This document shows, in pieces, positions 62,489-64,000 of a stretch of DNA of 64,000 bases (position 1 is the first letter of the stretch; each line of letters opens with the position of its first letter). The DNA is taken from contig NW_027590151.1 in NCBI RefSeq assembly GCF_964213995.1, positions 992,001 through 1,056,000 of the forward strand, given 5' to 3'. The notes below the pieces were generated by a model. That model was not told the origin of the DNA, ran no database searches, and was given only the letters and a program-made list of their open reading frames with translations. Source of the DNA: Mustelus asterias. Lineage: Eukaryota. The translations under genes were made by a program, and so were the position numbers.

Positions 62489-64000
62489 CCAGACGCACAA
62501 CTAATGCTACTGCAGTTCTCTAGTTGCCCAGCTGCACTAGAAGCACTGGACGTTTCCGTCAACTGCAACTACTTGTGCCGGCACAATGAAGGAAACTGCC
62601 ACTGGAATTTCGTTAAAAGATGGGAGATCCATGAAGGGAGAAGCATTCTGCTTTCCTGTAAAATCTGTTAATAATATTCGCAATGAATAAAGCAGCATGG
62701 CGCACCCATTTATATTCAATATTCACCGTGAGAGGAACAATTAGATTAGATCACATACACATTATTATCAGTCATCAGAACGAATAAATTAACGCAGCCA
62801 TTTTCACACTTACGTAATGACTGGAATATAATGCAGTCGGTCAGAAATGACTAGATTCGATTTCAATATATGAATACATATGTATATATATGTACGTATG
62901 TACATATGTGTATTATATATATTATAAACATAGTGGAAAACACGCATTGCAGTTGCAGCAAAATGTGCCTATGTTCTGTAAAATGTTCTTACGTTACAAA
63001 GGAAATGAAAGTTTGAATGACTGATTCACAGCTGATGCGCGCCTTTCAACTTTCAACTGTCATTTGTTAAAGCGTCATTAACATGCCATGCCAGAAAATA
63101 TATAATTCATTAAATAAAGGGTATGAGTTAGTTCAGTGCACCACGATTAGGAAAGCTTAGAATAGGAATAACCGTTTTCTTTTTGTTTAAGGCTGGAGGA
63201 AGATGAACAATGGTCTTCTACTTGGGTTGGAATGAGGTCAACTGCGCTCCTTAATATTTCATGTGAATTATATTGCTGCTTCCCTTGTGACTCAGCGCTT
63301 CAATAGATTGTTTTCCATCTTAGATGGATGCAACATCACTTCTAAATTTTAAATGGATCAATGTTCAGGTTAAGGGTGTCGCTGGCTTGGCCACGATTCA
63401 TTGCCCATCCAGGAATTTTGTCGCAATTATGGTACTAAGCTGGCGTCTTGAACAGCTGCGGTCCATGTGATGCCGACATATCCACGGTAATTTTAGTGAC
63501 AGACTTCCAGGTTATTGACGTAACGATAGTGAAGGCAGGTCAATATGTTTCCGAGGAAGGATTGAGATTGACTGTGAGGCGAACGTGCATTTAGTGAAAT
63601 TCCCAGTTATCTGCTGCCCTTAGCCTTTTAGATTTTAATTGCTGTTGTTTTGCAAGGTGCTGTATCAGGACCTTTAGTGAAATCCTGCATCTTGCACATG
63701 GTATCTACGATATGGATATTCTGTTGTGCGTCGTTTGTGGAAGGCGTAAATGAATGCCATGCAAATGTGTTCTATTGCCTTGGGTATTATCAGACTTATT
63801 GACTCTTATTAGAGCTGCTCTCATCCAGGCAAGTTGACACAATTCCATTAACATCTGGATGTGTGCGTGTAATTTGTGGTCAGGCTTTCAATCATCAGGA
63901 CGTGAGTTATTCGCCACAAAGTTGCGATCCTCCTCTGTCGTGCTCTTGTCACCTCAGTATTTATATCACTCGTTGAGTCGAACCAAAGAACCATACAATC

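Noticed and set aside
62805-62850. Possible exon 1 of GPCR pseudogene 3 (minus TATATTCCAGTCATTAC-GTAAGT)
   Set aside because: Similarity is too short, and no start codon or promoter cassette was found.
1-64000. CRISPR arrays, operons or other prokaryotic systems
   Set aside because: The sequence is vertebrate (introns, LINEs/SINEs, RSS) and shows no repeat-spacer arrays. Most short ORFs are antisense shadows of CR1 ORF2.

Overview
This is eukaryotic, repeat-rich genomic DNA, most likely from a cartilaginous fish (shark). That call is inferred from HE1-type V-SINEs, HER1/CR1 LINEs with short tandem tails, a shark-type TCR V segment and an expanded GPR139-like family. From left to right: (1) a long CR1 LINE; (2) a compact 5.4-8.3 kb cluster of T-cell receptor alpha/delta-type V segments in both orientations, of which one V exon is open with a canonical 23-RSS and the rest are decayed; (3) a field of decayed tRNA genes at 11-30 kb, organised as an old large inverted duplication whose right arm is expanded by CR1 insertions; (4) an unidentified ~3 kb strand-skewed element next to a degenerate (GGGTTA)n tract; (5) three paralogous two-exon GPR139/142-like class A GPCR loci, two intact and convergent and one a pseudogene, with a 417-N gap just after the first. 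The most interesting observation is that both intact GPCRs share a promoter cassette (homeodomain site, O/E(EBF)-like site, TGACATCA, TATA) resembling vertebrate olfactory-receptor promoters, which suggests a candidate chemosensory receptor family. Also notable are palindromic Penelope-derived insertions with 13-14 bp target-site duplications and hammerhead-ribozyme remnants. Everything was read by eye; repeat boundaries are approximate and no database searches were run.
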